Shown here: positions 1 through 7,832 of the stretch, in pieces | Position numbering within the stretch: position 1 is the first letter of the stretch | Layout: every line of letters starts with the position of its first letter | Source: Candidatus Nanohalarchaeota archaeon | GTDB lineage: Archaea; Nanohalarchaeota; Nanosalinia; Nanosalinales; JAFCCC01 | NCBI GenBank assembly: GCA_017610385.1 | Contig: JAFCCC010000015.1 | Location: 1 to 10,335, forward strand | DNA: 10,335 bases | Reading direction: 5' to 3' | Notes under the pieces: generated by a model | The model's database searches: none | What the model was told of the DNA's origin: nothing | Seen by the model: only the letters and a program-made list of their open reading frames with translations | Program-made: the position numbers and the translations under genes

Positions 1-2477
1 GCACAGGAACTGTTTTAAAAGAATTGTACTGTGTGGCTCCGTCCTCGGATAATGGATATTTGGTTAAAACAGAAGAACATGCTTGTGCAAATGGTTGTTC
101 TAATGGTGCTTGTAAAGGGACAGAACCGCAAAAGTGGACTTGTGTAGATTCTGATAATGGAAAGAACTATTGGAAGAATGGGAATGTAAAAATATTGAAA
201 CCTGATGGAACGTTAGACAGTACGAAAGAGGATGTTTGTAGTTCTGATGGGGTAACTATGAAAGAATACTATTGTAAATCCGTTAGCTCAGACGATGGAT
301 CTAATTTAAGGGCAATACAAGTTCATCAATGTGCAAATGGTTGTTCTAATGGTGCTTGTAAAGGGACAGAACCACAAAAGTGGACTTGTACTGAGACAGA
401 TAATGGAAAGGACTACAATGTAAAAGGGACCACAAAGCAGTTTAAACCAGATGGAACTCAAACGTATAGTAATTCAGATTGGTGCACAGGAACTTGTGCA
501 AATGGTTGTTCTAATGGTGCTTGTATTGGAAATGAACCTCAACAATGTGTTGATGAAGATGGTGATGGATATGGTAAAGCAGGTACAACGCAATATTGTG
601 CAAATAAATATGTTGATTGTGATGACACTAATTTCAATATAAGACCATTTTTAGTTGATATTTGTGATACCTTGGATAATGATTGTGACTGTTTGAATAA
701 TCCAAAAGACACAAACGGAGATGGGGTATTTTGTGGCCCTGGCGATGAAAATGTTGACGAAGATTGTTCAGGAAGATGTGGAGACGGAAAAGTAGAAGAT
801 ACAAGAGAAGAATGTGATAAAACAAACTTAAACGGCAAAACGTGTGCAACTTTTGGGTGTACGGGAGGAACTCTGAAGTGCACAAATTATTGTAAATTTG
901 ATACTAGTTCTTGCACGGGTTGCGCTGGTGGAGATAAGTGTAATAACGGCGTAAAAGATGCTGGAGAAGAATGTGACGGAAATAAATTTGGGTATATGAC
1001 TTGTCAATTATATGGCTGTACTGGAGGAAGTTTAACTTGTACAGATACTTGTACAATAGATACGTCTAGCTGTACTGGCTGTGGTGGCGGCTATTGTGGA
1101 GATGGTATTAAAAATAATAAAGAAGAATGTGAAGGATCAGACTTTGGAAGTTTAACTTGTGAGACTTATGGCTGTACTGGAGGAAGTTTAACTTGCTCTA
1201 ATTGTTTTGCAGATAGTAGCACATGTACTGGATGTCCTACACAGTGTACTGATGAGGATAGGGACGGATATGGAGTATATGGGCTTTATGATTGCGATAA
1301 TTCTGGAATAGATTGTAATGATACAAATGCTAGTATAAATCCGAGTGCCACAGAAATTTGTGGAGATGGCATAGATAATGATTGTGTCGATGGAGATCAA
1401 GAATGTGCTGATGATACAACAGAATGTCCTGCAAATGCAATAGAATGTACTACAAAAGAACAAGTAAAAGCATGCACAGATGATTATAAAGAGAATAAAG
1501 TTACAAAAGAACATGTAAGTACCTGTTTTAATTCGGTAATTAAAGAGAACAGTTGTCGTGCAGCCTATATTTTTGCGGCAGGGCCAATTACTTCATTTGC
1601 TAATGCAATAACTAAAGATGATGTGATGGGTGTGGGAGAGTATTTTTTAGCCAGAGCAAATTATCCGTGGCCACAGAGATATCTTTTACCTGGATTGAGA
1701 ATGCAGTGGATTGCGATATCCAATTTCTACTTTGGGGGCTGTGATATTTCAAAAATTAAAAATAATATTGCACCAAAAATTAAGGCAAATATGCCGTCTA
1801 CAGCAAGTTCAAATTCTGTTTTACAGTTTGACGCAGCAGAAAGTTCAGATGAAGATGGAAAAATTTCAGAATATAAATGGACTTTTGGGGATGGTGCATC
1901 AGGAGAAGGTAGTTCACCAATACACGTTTATGAAAATGCTGGAGAATATATTGTAACTACTGCAATAAAAGATGACGTTGGGGATGGAGTGATACTTGCA
2001 AAAGATATTACCATAGATGGGTCTGCATCAGAAACTGAGCAAGAATATACCTGTTATAATATTAAATCAGGATGGAATGCAATTTATATTAGTTCATCTA
2101 AAAATATACCTGTAAATGCGATTGGGAATGGTTGCGAAAACGCTGTAATTTATGGATTAGATGATAATGGCAGATTATCCGCTGCAGTGGATAATTTAAA
2201 AAGTGGAAAAGGATATTTTATTAGAACAGATAACAATTGCAAATTAACTTCTGAAATTAAAAAAGTAGATGATTCGCAAATTCAATTAAATAAAAATTGG
2301 AATCTAGTAGGAACAACACAAGATTTGTTAGTTTCTAAAATCAAGGAAAGTTGTGGTAGTCCAGTGTCTGTAATGGGAATAAGTGCAGAACACACATTAT
2401 ACACAGAATCAACGAAATTAGAAGCTGGAAAGGGATATTTAGTGAGAGTTCCAGAAACTTGCACAGTTTCTAGATAA
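1..2477 (+). CDS. Large Cys-rich modular cell-surface/secreted protein, 5'-partial: CxDSDxG...CxxGCxxGAC repeats, two MopE-like putative metal-binding repeats, three CGDG..EECD repeats, an unknown domain, a PKD domain and two C-terminal GWN...GKGY repeats
   Basis: Frame is open from base 3 (TGTVLKELYC...), so TTG at 24 is not the true start; stop TAA at 2475-2477. PKD signature FDAAESSDEDGKISEYKWTFGDG...HVYENAGEY at about 1764-2015. Tail has IKSGWNAI...LKSGKGYFIR and LNKNWNLV...LEAGKGYLVR. No C-terminal hydrophobic anchor is visible. Confidence 0.9.
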   Translation, partial: TGTVLKELYCVAPSSDNGYLVKTEEHACANGCSNGACKGTEPQKWTCVDSDNGKNYWKNGNVKILKPDGTLDSTKEDVCSSDGVTMKEYYCKSVSSDDGSNLRAIQVHQCANGCSNGACKGTEPQKWTCTETDNGKDYNVKGTTKQFKPDGTQTYSNSDWCTGTCANGCSNGACIGNEPQQCVDEDGDGYGKAGTTQYCANKYVDCDDTNFNIRPFLVDICDTLDNDCDCLNNPKDTNGDGVFCGPGDENVDEDCSGRCGDGKVEDTREECDKTNLNGKTCATFGCTGGTLKCTNYCKFDTSSCTGCAGGDKCNNGVKDAGEECDGNKFGYMTCQLYGCTGGSLTCTDTCTIDTSSCTGCGGGYCGDGIKNNKEECEGSDFGSLTCETYGCTGGSLTCSNCFADSSTCTGCPTQCTDEDRDGYGVYGLYDCDNSGIDCNDTNASINPSATEICGDGIDNDCVDGDQECADDTTECPANAIECTTKEQVKACTDDYKENKVTKEHVSTCFNSVIKENSCRAAYIFAAGPITSFANAITKDDVMGVGEYFLARANYPWPQRYLLPGLRMQWIAISNFYFGGCDISKIKNNIAPKIKANMPSTASSNSVLQFDAAESSDEDGKISEYKWTFGDGASGEGSSPIHVYENAGEYIVTTAIKDDVGDGVILAKDITIDGSASETEQEYTCYNIKSGWNAIYISSSKNIPVNAIGNGCENAVIYGLDDNGRLSAAVDNLKSGKGYFIRTDNNCKLTSEIKKVDDSQIQLNKNWNLVGTTQDLLVSKIKESCGSPVSVMGISAEHTLYTESTKLEAGKGYLVRVPETCTVSR
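84..525 (+). repeat. Intragenic direct repeat encoding CANGCSNGAC(KGTEPQKWTC), the junction of about 80-aa Cys-rich units
   Basis: 60-bp copies at 84-143 and 330-389 differ by one synonymous base (ccg/cca). A third copy is identical over 31 bp at 495-525. Spacings are 246 and 165 bp, both in frame. Confidence 0.95.
546..770 (+). repeat. MopE-like putative metal-binding repeat, copy 1
   Basis: CVDEDGDGYG...DCDDTNFNIRP...ICDTLDNDCD...VDEDC fits the DxDxDG...DCxD...P...CDxxDNDC pattern, with an extra DTNGDG loop. Confidence 0.75.
777..1235 (+). repeat. Three tandem 52-54 aa Cys-rich repeats (CGDG..EECD..TC..GCTGGxLxC..C..DxSxCTGC)
   Basis: Units start at 777, 939 and 1095. A 29-bp identical stretch tatggctgtactggaggaagtttaacttg occurs at 1011-1039 and 1167-1195. 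The unit starts resemble Myxococcus-type cysteine-rich repeats. Confidence 0.9.
1245..1400 (+). repeat. MopE-like putative metal-binding repeat, copy 2
   Basis: CTDEDRDGYG...DCNDTNASINPSATEICGDGIDNDC. Confidence 0.8.
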
Positions 2478-2487
2478 AGTTTTATAA
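2473..2487 (+). promoter_or_regulatory. Archaeal-type BRE/TATA promoter for the ABC operon, likely giving a leaderless transcript
   Basis: gataaag followed by TTTTATAA (2480-2487), ending 24 nt before ATG 2511. No Shine-Dalgarno sequence in between. Confidence 0.65.
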
Positions 2488-2510
2488 TTTACAAGTGTAA
2501 GATAAATTAT

Positions 2511-3563
2511 ATGACAAAAAAAGGTAAAGTTTTTTCTAATTCCTTGTTACTTTTTTCTCTGTCAGCAATTTTAGTTCTTGTTTTAATTGGAGTGATTTTT
2601 TCAATTTTAGCACAATCAAATCAAGTTGTTGTTTATGTTTCTCATGATCAAGATTATTCAGAACCAATTTTGCTTGATTTTCAAAAAGAAACAGGCATAA
2701 AAATTAAAGCGGTTTATGATACAGAAAGCACTAAAACCACTGGTTTGGTAAATAGACTAATTGAAGAAAAAAACAATCCTCAAGCAGATGTTTTTTGGAA
2801 TAATGAAGTTTCAAGAACCTTAGTTTTGAAAAATAAAGATATTTTAGAACCATATTGTTCTATTAATGCAGAAGGTATTGACAAGAAATATAAAGACAAG
2901 GAGTGTTACTGGACGGGTTTTGCGGCACGAGCAAGGATTTTATTAATTAATACAGATCTGGTTTCTTTAAAAGATGCACCAAAAACTCTAGAAGAATTAA
3001 CTGATAAAAAATGGCAAAATAAAATTACCTTAGCGAATCCCTTGTTTGGTACAACTGCGTCGCATATGAGCGCTTTATTTGTTGTGTTGGGTAAGGAAAA
3101 GGCAGAAACTTTCTTTAAAAAACTTAAAGAAAATGGACTCATAATTTCGGAAAGTAATGGTCGAACGAGGGATGCTGTAGCTAGCGGAACAATTGAAATT
3201 GGTTTTACAGACACTGATGATGCAAATGATGCGGTAGTTGATGGCAAAGCAGTTTCAGTAATTTATCCAGATCAAGGAAAAGATCAAATTGGCACATTAA
3301 TTATTCCAAACTCAGTGATGTTAATTAAGGGCGGAAAAAACAAAGAAAACGCAAAAATACTGATTGATTATTTATTAAGTCCGGAAACTGAACGAAAGTT
3401 AGCTTTTAGCAAAGCGGCTCAAATGCCGTTACATATTGGCGTGAAAAAGCCAAAAAATGTTCCAGATGTTTCAAAAATTAAAACAATGAATGTGACTTGG
3501 CAAGAAGTAACTGAAATGCTTCCTCTTTCTCAAGAATTCTTAATGAATTTATTTATATCGTAG
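2511..3563 (+). CDS. ABC transporter substrate-binding protein, FbpA/AfuA-like family (usually annotated as Fe3+; actual substrate uncertain)
   Basis: N-terminal hydrophobic helix with no lipobox Cys. Motifs FQKETGIKI, RLIEEKNNPQADVFW and AKILIDYLLSPETE. Directly upstream of a permease and an ATPase. Confidence 0.88.
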   Translation: MTKKGKVFSNSLLLFSLSAILVLVLIGVIFSILAQSNQVVVYVSHDQDYSEPILLDFQKETGIKIKAVYDTESTKTTGLVNRLIEEKNNPQADVFWNNEVSRTLVLKNKDILEPYCSINAEGIDKKYKDKECYWTGFAARARILLINTDLVSLKDAPKTLEELTDKKWQNKITLANPLFGTTASHMSALFVVLGKEKAETFFKKLKENGLIISESNGRTRDAVASGTIEIGFTDTDDANDAVVDGKAVSVIYPDQGKDQIGTLIIPNSVMLIKGGKNKENAKILIDYLLSPETERKLAFSKAAQMPLHIGVKKPKNVPDVSKIKTMNVTWQEVTEMLPLSQEFLMNLFIS

Positions 3564-3578
3564 AAATGAAATTAATTT

Positions 3579-5168
3579 ATGTTCAAAACAATTAAAAAGA
3601 ATCCTGGCAAGTTTTTTGGTTTTTCTATATTATTAATTGGTTTTTTACTTGCTATTGTACCTTTATTTTACACTCTAATTACGTCTTATGTTCAATCGCA
3701 ATATTTTACCTTTTTCAATCCGAAACAACTTAGAATTTATTGGTCATTGTTTTCACAATCAAGAATCCTTTTGATTTTTGGGCGAACAATGCTGTTGGGG
3801 GTGGGTACAGCCACAATAAGTATTTTAATTGGGGGCTCTTTCGCATTTGTTTTTGAAAGAGTGCAATTTAAATTTGCAAAAATTCTAAGGGGGTTGTGCC
3901 TTGTACCAATATTAATTCCACCATACATTATAACTATTTCGTGGATGCAAATGTTTGGCATTACAGGATATATATCAAAATTGCCAATCTACAATCTATT
4001 TTCGACTATGAGCATAATGGGGCTCTGTTTATTTCCAATAGTATTTTTAATTGTTTCAGCAGGATTAAAAAGAATAAGTTCAAGGGTAGAAGAATCTGCT
4101 AGACTTGTTTCTGGAAAGTTCAGGACTTTTTGGAAAATTACCCTGCCTTTACTTATGCCGTATTTACTTACAGCAAGCTTTTTTGTTTTTGTACTTTCAA
4201 TTTCAGAATTTGGAGTACCTATGTTGTTGCATCAAAATGTATTTGTTTCAGAGATATTTTATCGGTTCGGAGCGTTTTTTGATCATGAAGCTGCAATTAG
4301 TATGACCCTTCCATTACTAATCCTTGTTTTATTTTTAATAGTTATACAATCTAAAATTCTTGGAAAAAAGCCAGTTCAAACAATTAACTCAAATTTTACT
4401 CAAAAGAAAATAAAACCTTCAAAAAAAGCAGAATTCAGCATTTACTTTTTTATACTTTTAATTCTCAGTTTTTCGTTTTTGATTCCAATTGCATCATTAT
4501 TTTATCTTGTAAATTGGGCGGGTTTTACATATGCAATAAGAACTTCACTTACTGCTATCTGGAATAGTTTGTGGATATCAATTGGTGGAGCTAGTTTACT
4601 CACTTTCTTTGGATTTTTCGCAGCGTATTTTTTGAGTAGTATTTCTGGAATTAAAAAAAGGGTTTTAGATATTTTAATAATGATTCCCATTATAATTCCA
4701 AGTTCTGTTGTAGGAATTTCTTTGATTCGGACATGGAATAACCCATCAACATCATGGATTTATGGTTCCATATTAATTTTGATATTAGTATATTTAACAA
4801 GATTCTTGCCTTATGCAATAAAATTGCAGGAATCAAATTTTACACAATTAACTAAAAATTTAGAAGAAAGTGCTCACTTAACAGGTACAAGCTTTTTTAA
4901 AATTATTAAGAAAATTTTAATTCCATTATTATTCCCGGGAATTATCGCGACCTGGGCAATTTCATTTATTTTAATTATAAGAGAATTGGGAGCTAGCATT
5001 TTAGTTTATCCGCCAGGTTTTGAAACTTTACCAATTAGAATATTTAATTTAGTGCATTATAATGCACCAGAAAGTATTGCAGCGCTTTGTTTACTTTTAA
5101 TTGTAATTGTTTTAATACCTCTGGCATTTATTTATATCTTATATAAAAATCAAACGAGGAAAAAATGA
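3579..5168 (+). CDS. ABC transporter permease, FbpB/AfuB/ThiP-like, two fused membrane modules
   Basis: Highly hydrophobic 529 aa with two EAA loops (VEESARLVSG...ITLPL and LEESAHLTG...ILIPL), plus the matching SEFGVP and RELGAS motifs. Confidence 0.92.
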   Translation: MFKTIKKNPGKFFGFSILLIGFLLAIVPLFYTLITSYVQSQYFTFFNPKQLRIYWSLFSQSRILLIFGRTMLLGVGTATISILIGGSFAFVFERVQFKFAKILRGLCLVPILIPPYIITISWMQMFGITGYISKLPIYNLFSTMSIMGLCLFPIVFLIVSAGLKRISSRVEESARLVSGKFRTFWKITLPLLMPYLLTASFFVFVLSISEFGVPMLLHQNVFVSEIFYRFGAFFDHEAAISMTLPLLILVLFLIVIQSKILGKKPVQTINSNFTQKKIKPSKKAEFSIYFFILLILSFSFLIPIASLFYLVNWAGFTYAIRTSLTAIWNSLWISIGGASLLTFFGFFAAYFLSSISGIKKRVLDILIMIPIIIPSSVVGISLIRTWNNPSTSWIYGSILILILVYLTRFLPYAIKLQESNFTQLTKNLEESAHLTGTSFFKIIKKILIPLLFPGIIATWAISFILIIRELGASILVYPPGFETLPIRIFNLVHYNAPESIAALCLLLIVIVLIPLAFIYILYKNQTRKK

Positions 5169-5878
5169 AATCATCTTACTTGGAAATTCGAAATTTGAAA
5201 AAATATTTTGAAAAAATTAAGGCCGTTGATAATGTTTCTTTTAGCATAAATCAAGAGCAAATAGTGGGCTTATTAGGCTCTTCTGGTTGTGGAAAAACAA
5301 CATTATTAAGAGTAATTGCGGGGTTAGACTTACCAGATTCAGGAACAGTAAAATTAAATGGGCGAATTCTTGAAAGTGAAAAAGTGTCTTTAAGTTGCAA
5401 CAAACGAGGGGTGGGCTTAGTTTTTCAAGATTTGGCACTTTGGCCACATATGACTGTAGAACAACACATTCAATTTGTTTTGGATTCGAGAAAAACCAAA
5501 GAGAACTTTAAAAAATATCTTAAATTGGTAAATTTAGAAGAATGTTCTAATAAATTCCCAGAAGAACTTTCTGGAGGACAACAACAGAGAGTTGCACTTG
5601 CAAGAACATTGGCGCAAGATTTAAATCTGTTGTTATTAGATGAACCTTTAGCGAATTTGGATATAATTCTTAAAAAAGAAATTAAAAAGAAACTATTGAA
5701 TTTAAGGAAGAAATTAAAATTAACAATAATTTATGTTACACACGATATCTCAGAATTAGTTGGTTTGGCGGATAAAATTATAATTATGAATAATGGTAAA
5801 GTAATACAACAAGGCTCATTAAATTCTATTAAAAATAATCCTAAAAATAACTTAGTGAGAAATTTAATTTCTATTTAA
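5165..5878 (+). CDS. ABC transporter ATP-binding protein, FbpC/PotA-like, short form
   Basis: Walker A GSSGCGKT, Q-loop VFQ, signature LSGGQQQR, Walker B LLLLDEP, H-loop VTHD. ATGA overlap with the permease stop codon. Confidence 0.95.
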   Translation: MKSSYLEIRNLKKYFEKIKAVDNVSFSINQEQIVGLLGSSGCGKTTLLRVIAGLDLPDSGTVKLNGRILESEKVSLSCNKRGVGLVFQDLALWPHMTVEQHIQFVLDSRKTKENFKKYLKLVNLEECSNKFPEELSGGQQQRVALARTLAQDLNLLLLDEPLANLDIILKKEIKKKLLNLRKKLKLTIIYVTHDISELVGLADKIIIMNNGKVIQQGSLNSIKNNPKNNLVRNLISI

Positions 5879-7732
5879 TTTTTTAATTTCTAAAATTAAA
5901 AATACAATAATCGAGATTCCGATAACTGAAATTAAAATCCAAAGAAAAATTCTTGAAGAGTGGTTTGGTGTGTAATTTTCTGTAATCTTGGTAGGATTTT
6001 TCAAAATTGAAATTGATTTTTGTAATTGATCTATTTCTTGACCAGAATCTCGAACTTGTAAAATTACATTATAACTTCCAGATTTTGGATAACTATATTG
6101 GACACTTTTAGAGGGACTCCAGTCGGTTTCATAGTTTCCATCGCCATCAAAATCCCAGCGAGATTCTAAAATCGCTAAATCCTCTCTATCATAAGAATTA
6201 GAAGTAAAATAAGCTTTATCATTGTTATAAATTTTTTTAGGAAAAACAGAAAAATTTGCAACTGGGTTTTGATTTTTAGAATATATTCCAATTTCTTTTG
6301 AGGTATTAGAAATTTCTCCGTCAGAATCTTTAACTTCTAACTGAATTAAATACTTCCCAGAATCTGAAAAAGATTGTGTAATATTTTTTGTAGTTGTCCA
6401 TGTAGAAAAGGGATTTGAATTAAACCTCCAGCGATATTTTAAATTAGATTTATCTTCTAAATCAGAACTATTTGAAAAGTCAAAAATGATTTCAGAATCA
6501 ATAAATCCATAATCTTTAGATTTTATGTGTGCAATTGGTTTGGTATTTGGTGTTTCATCTAAAACATATAAACCTTTCAAAGTTCCAAGAATTATTTCTA
6601 CTTTATTATCTGAATCAATATCTGCAAAGGTGGGACACACAGATAATTGACTAGGTAATTTGTATTTCCATTCTAATTCAGAATAACTGTAAGAAAAAAT
6701 TTCCTTGGAATTTAAGGGTGTATAAAAAATCTCTATTTCATTATCGGAATCAATATCTGCGGCAGTTAAACAATTTTTATTACTTGTTGTTACATTAAAT
6801 TGTTTTAAAATCTCTTGAGTTGCAGAATCTATAATATTAATTTTTGAATTTTGAATATATACAATCTGAGGTTCCGGTGAATTTTTGAAATTTGCAACTA
6901 ATATTGAATTCTCTGAAAATGCTTGAAAATCAGAGGACTTTGATTCTTGAAAAATTGAATTTCCGTTGGCATTTAAAATATGCAAATTAGAATAAATGTC
7001 TTGAAAAATAAGTTTTTGACTGTAAATTAATTGCTGGGGATTCATTGAATATTCTTTTTTGAACTTTGTAACTCCGGTTTCTGCTTCAAGAACAATAATA
7101 GATTCAAATCCTGTAAAAATTTCAGGTAAAGAATCAGAATCTATGTCGTCAATTGCGAAGAATTTAGATTCTACATCTGGTCTTTCCCAAAGAACAGCGC
7201 CAGTAGAATTTAATAAAAGAGGGTGATTAATTGAAATAAGTATTTCATTGGAATTATTTCCAGAGGCATCAAAAATGACTGGTTGAGATGTAACAAAGTC
7301 GTCTAAATAAACCTTCCATTCCAAAGTTCCTTCTGGTGAAATAGAATAAATTTGGCGGCCTGCAGCCACAATAATGTGTTGTTGGTCGAAAGAATCAGTT
7401 AAAATGGCTGGTGCATTTTCTATATTGGCCCCCAAAGAAATAGACCATATTTTATTTCCATTTGAATTAAATAAATATAGTGTGTTTTCTGATCCAAATA
7501 GCAATTTTGGCTCTTTTGACATAAGATTAACAACTAAAATTGGTGTAGTAACTTCTCTTTCGAAAATGGAATGCCATTTTAAACTAGGTATGTTTATATT
7601 TCCAGTAATTGAAACAATTCGAGAATTAGCATTATTTAAATTTGAAGATGGCCAATCATCTGCACTATTTAAACTAACAAAAAGAGTTAGAAGAATTAAA
7701 GGTATTATAAAAACTTGTGAAATTCTAGTCAT
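5864..7732 (-). CDS. Secreted, membrane-anchored FG-GAP/PQQ-like beta-propeller protein with two PKD domains
   Basis: ATG at 7732 gives a clean signal peptide (MTRISQVFIIPLILLTLFVSLNSA-DDWP). Blades contain G-x-x-x-W motifs and DIDSDSLPEI, ADIDSDNEIEI, ADIDSDNKVEI, DASGNNSNEI. PKD domains at about 6548-6280 and 6270-6000 (WDFDGDG...YSYPKSGSY). C-terminal TM helix IFLWILISVIGISIIVFLIL with a short basic tail. Confidence 0.85.
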   Translation of the reverse strand: MTRISQVFIIPLILLTLFVSLNSADDWPSSNLNNANSRIVSITGNINIPSLKWHSIFEREVTTPILVVNLMSKEPKLLFGSENTLYLFNSNGNKIWSISLGANIENAPAILTDSFDQQHIIVAAGRQIYSISPEGTLEWKVYLDDFVTSQPVIFDASGNNSNEILISINHPLLLNSTGAVLWERPDVESKFFAIDDIDSDSLPEIFTGFESIIVLEAETGVTKFKKEYSMNPQQLIYSQKLIFQDIYSNLHILNANGNSIFQESKSSDFQAFSENSILVANFKNSPEPQIVYIQNSKINIIDSATQEILKQFNVTTSNKNCLTAADIDSDNEIEIFYTPLNSKEIFSYSYSELEWKYKLPSQLSVCPTFADIDSDNKVEIILGTLKGLYVLDETPNTKPIAHIKSKDYGFIDSEIIFDFSNSSDLEDKSNLKYRWRFNSNPFSTWTTTKNITQSFSDSGKYLIQLEVKDSDGEISNTSKEIGIYSKNQNPVANFSVFPKKIYNNDKAYFTSNSYDREDLAILESRWDFDGDGNYETDWSPSKSVQYSYPKSGSYNVILQVRDSGQEIDQLQKSISILKNPTKITENYTPNHSSRIFLWILISVIGISIIVFLILEIKKLNRN

Positions 7733-7758
7733 ACTTAGTTTATTATGTATTTGCGGAG

Positions 7759-7766
7759 AATATAAA
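7759..7766 (-). promoter_or_regulatory. Putative TATA box for the beta-propeller gene
   Basis: Minus-strand TTTATATT, 27-34 nt upstream of ATG 7732. The AT-rich background weakens the call. Confidence 0.5.
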
Positions 7767-7794
7767 CATAAATTTATCAAACACGGGGATTGTT

Positions 7795-7806
7795 AAACAA
7801 TATAAG
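7795..7806 (+). promoter_or_regulatory. Putative TATA box for the vWA pilin-like gene
   Basis: aaacaa-TATAAG, with TATAAG at 7801-7806, 27-32 nt upstream of ATG 7833. Imperfect match to consensus. Confidence 0.4.
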
Positions 7807-7832
7807 CACTAAAATACAAAAAAGTATTTAGG

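Noticed and set aside
24-26. TTG start for the first ORF
   Set aside because: The frame is open to the left edge, begins mid-repeat and has no signal peptide.
84-525. Repeats with variable intervening sequence as a CRISPR array or DGR template/variable pair
   Set aside because: Spacings of 246 and 165 bp are in frame within a coding repeat, the single mismatch is synonymous, and no cas or reverse transcriptase gene is in the window.
2511-2610. Class III (bindosome-type) signal peptide on the binding protein (MTKKG/KV)
   Set aside because: Lys at +1 breaks the usual cleavage pattern; a simple N-terminal anchor or Sec signal is more likely.
5864-7732. PQQ-dependent dehydrogenase, or a true integrin alpha orthologue
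   Set aside because: Only generic propeller blades are visible, with no catalytic signature I can identify and no GFFKR tail; the integrin resemblance is architectural only.
7733-7780. Longer TTG start (7780) for the propeller gene
   Set aside because: ATG 7732 gives a proper signal peptide with a TATA-like box at the expected distance.
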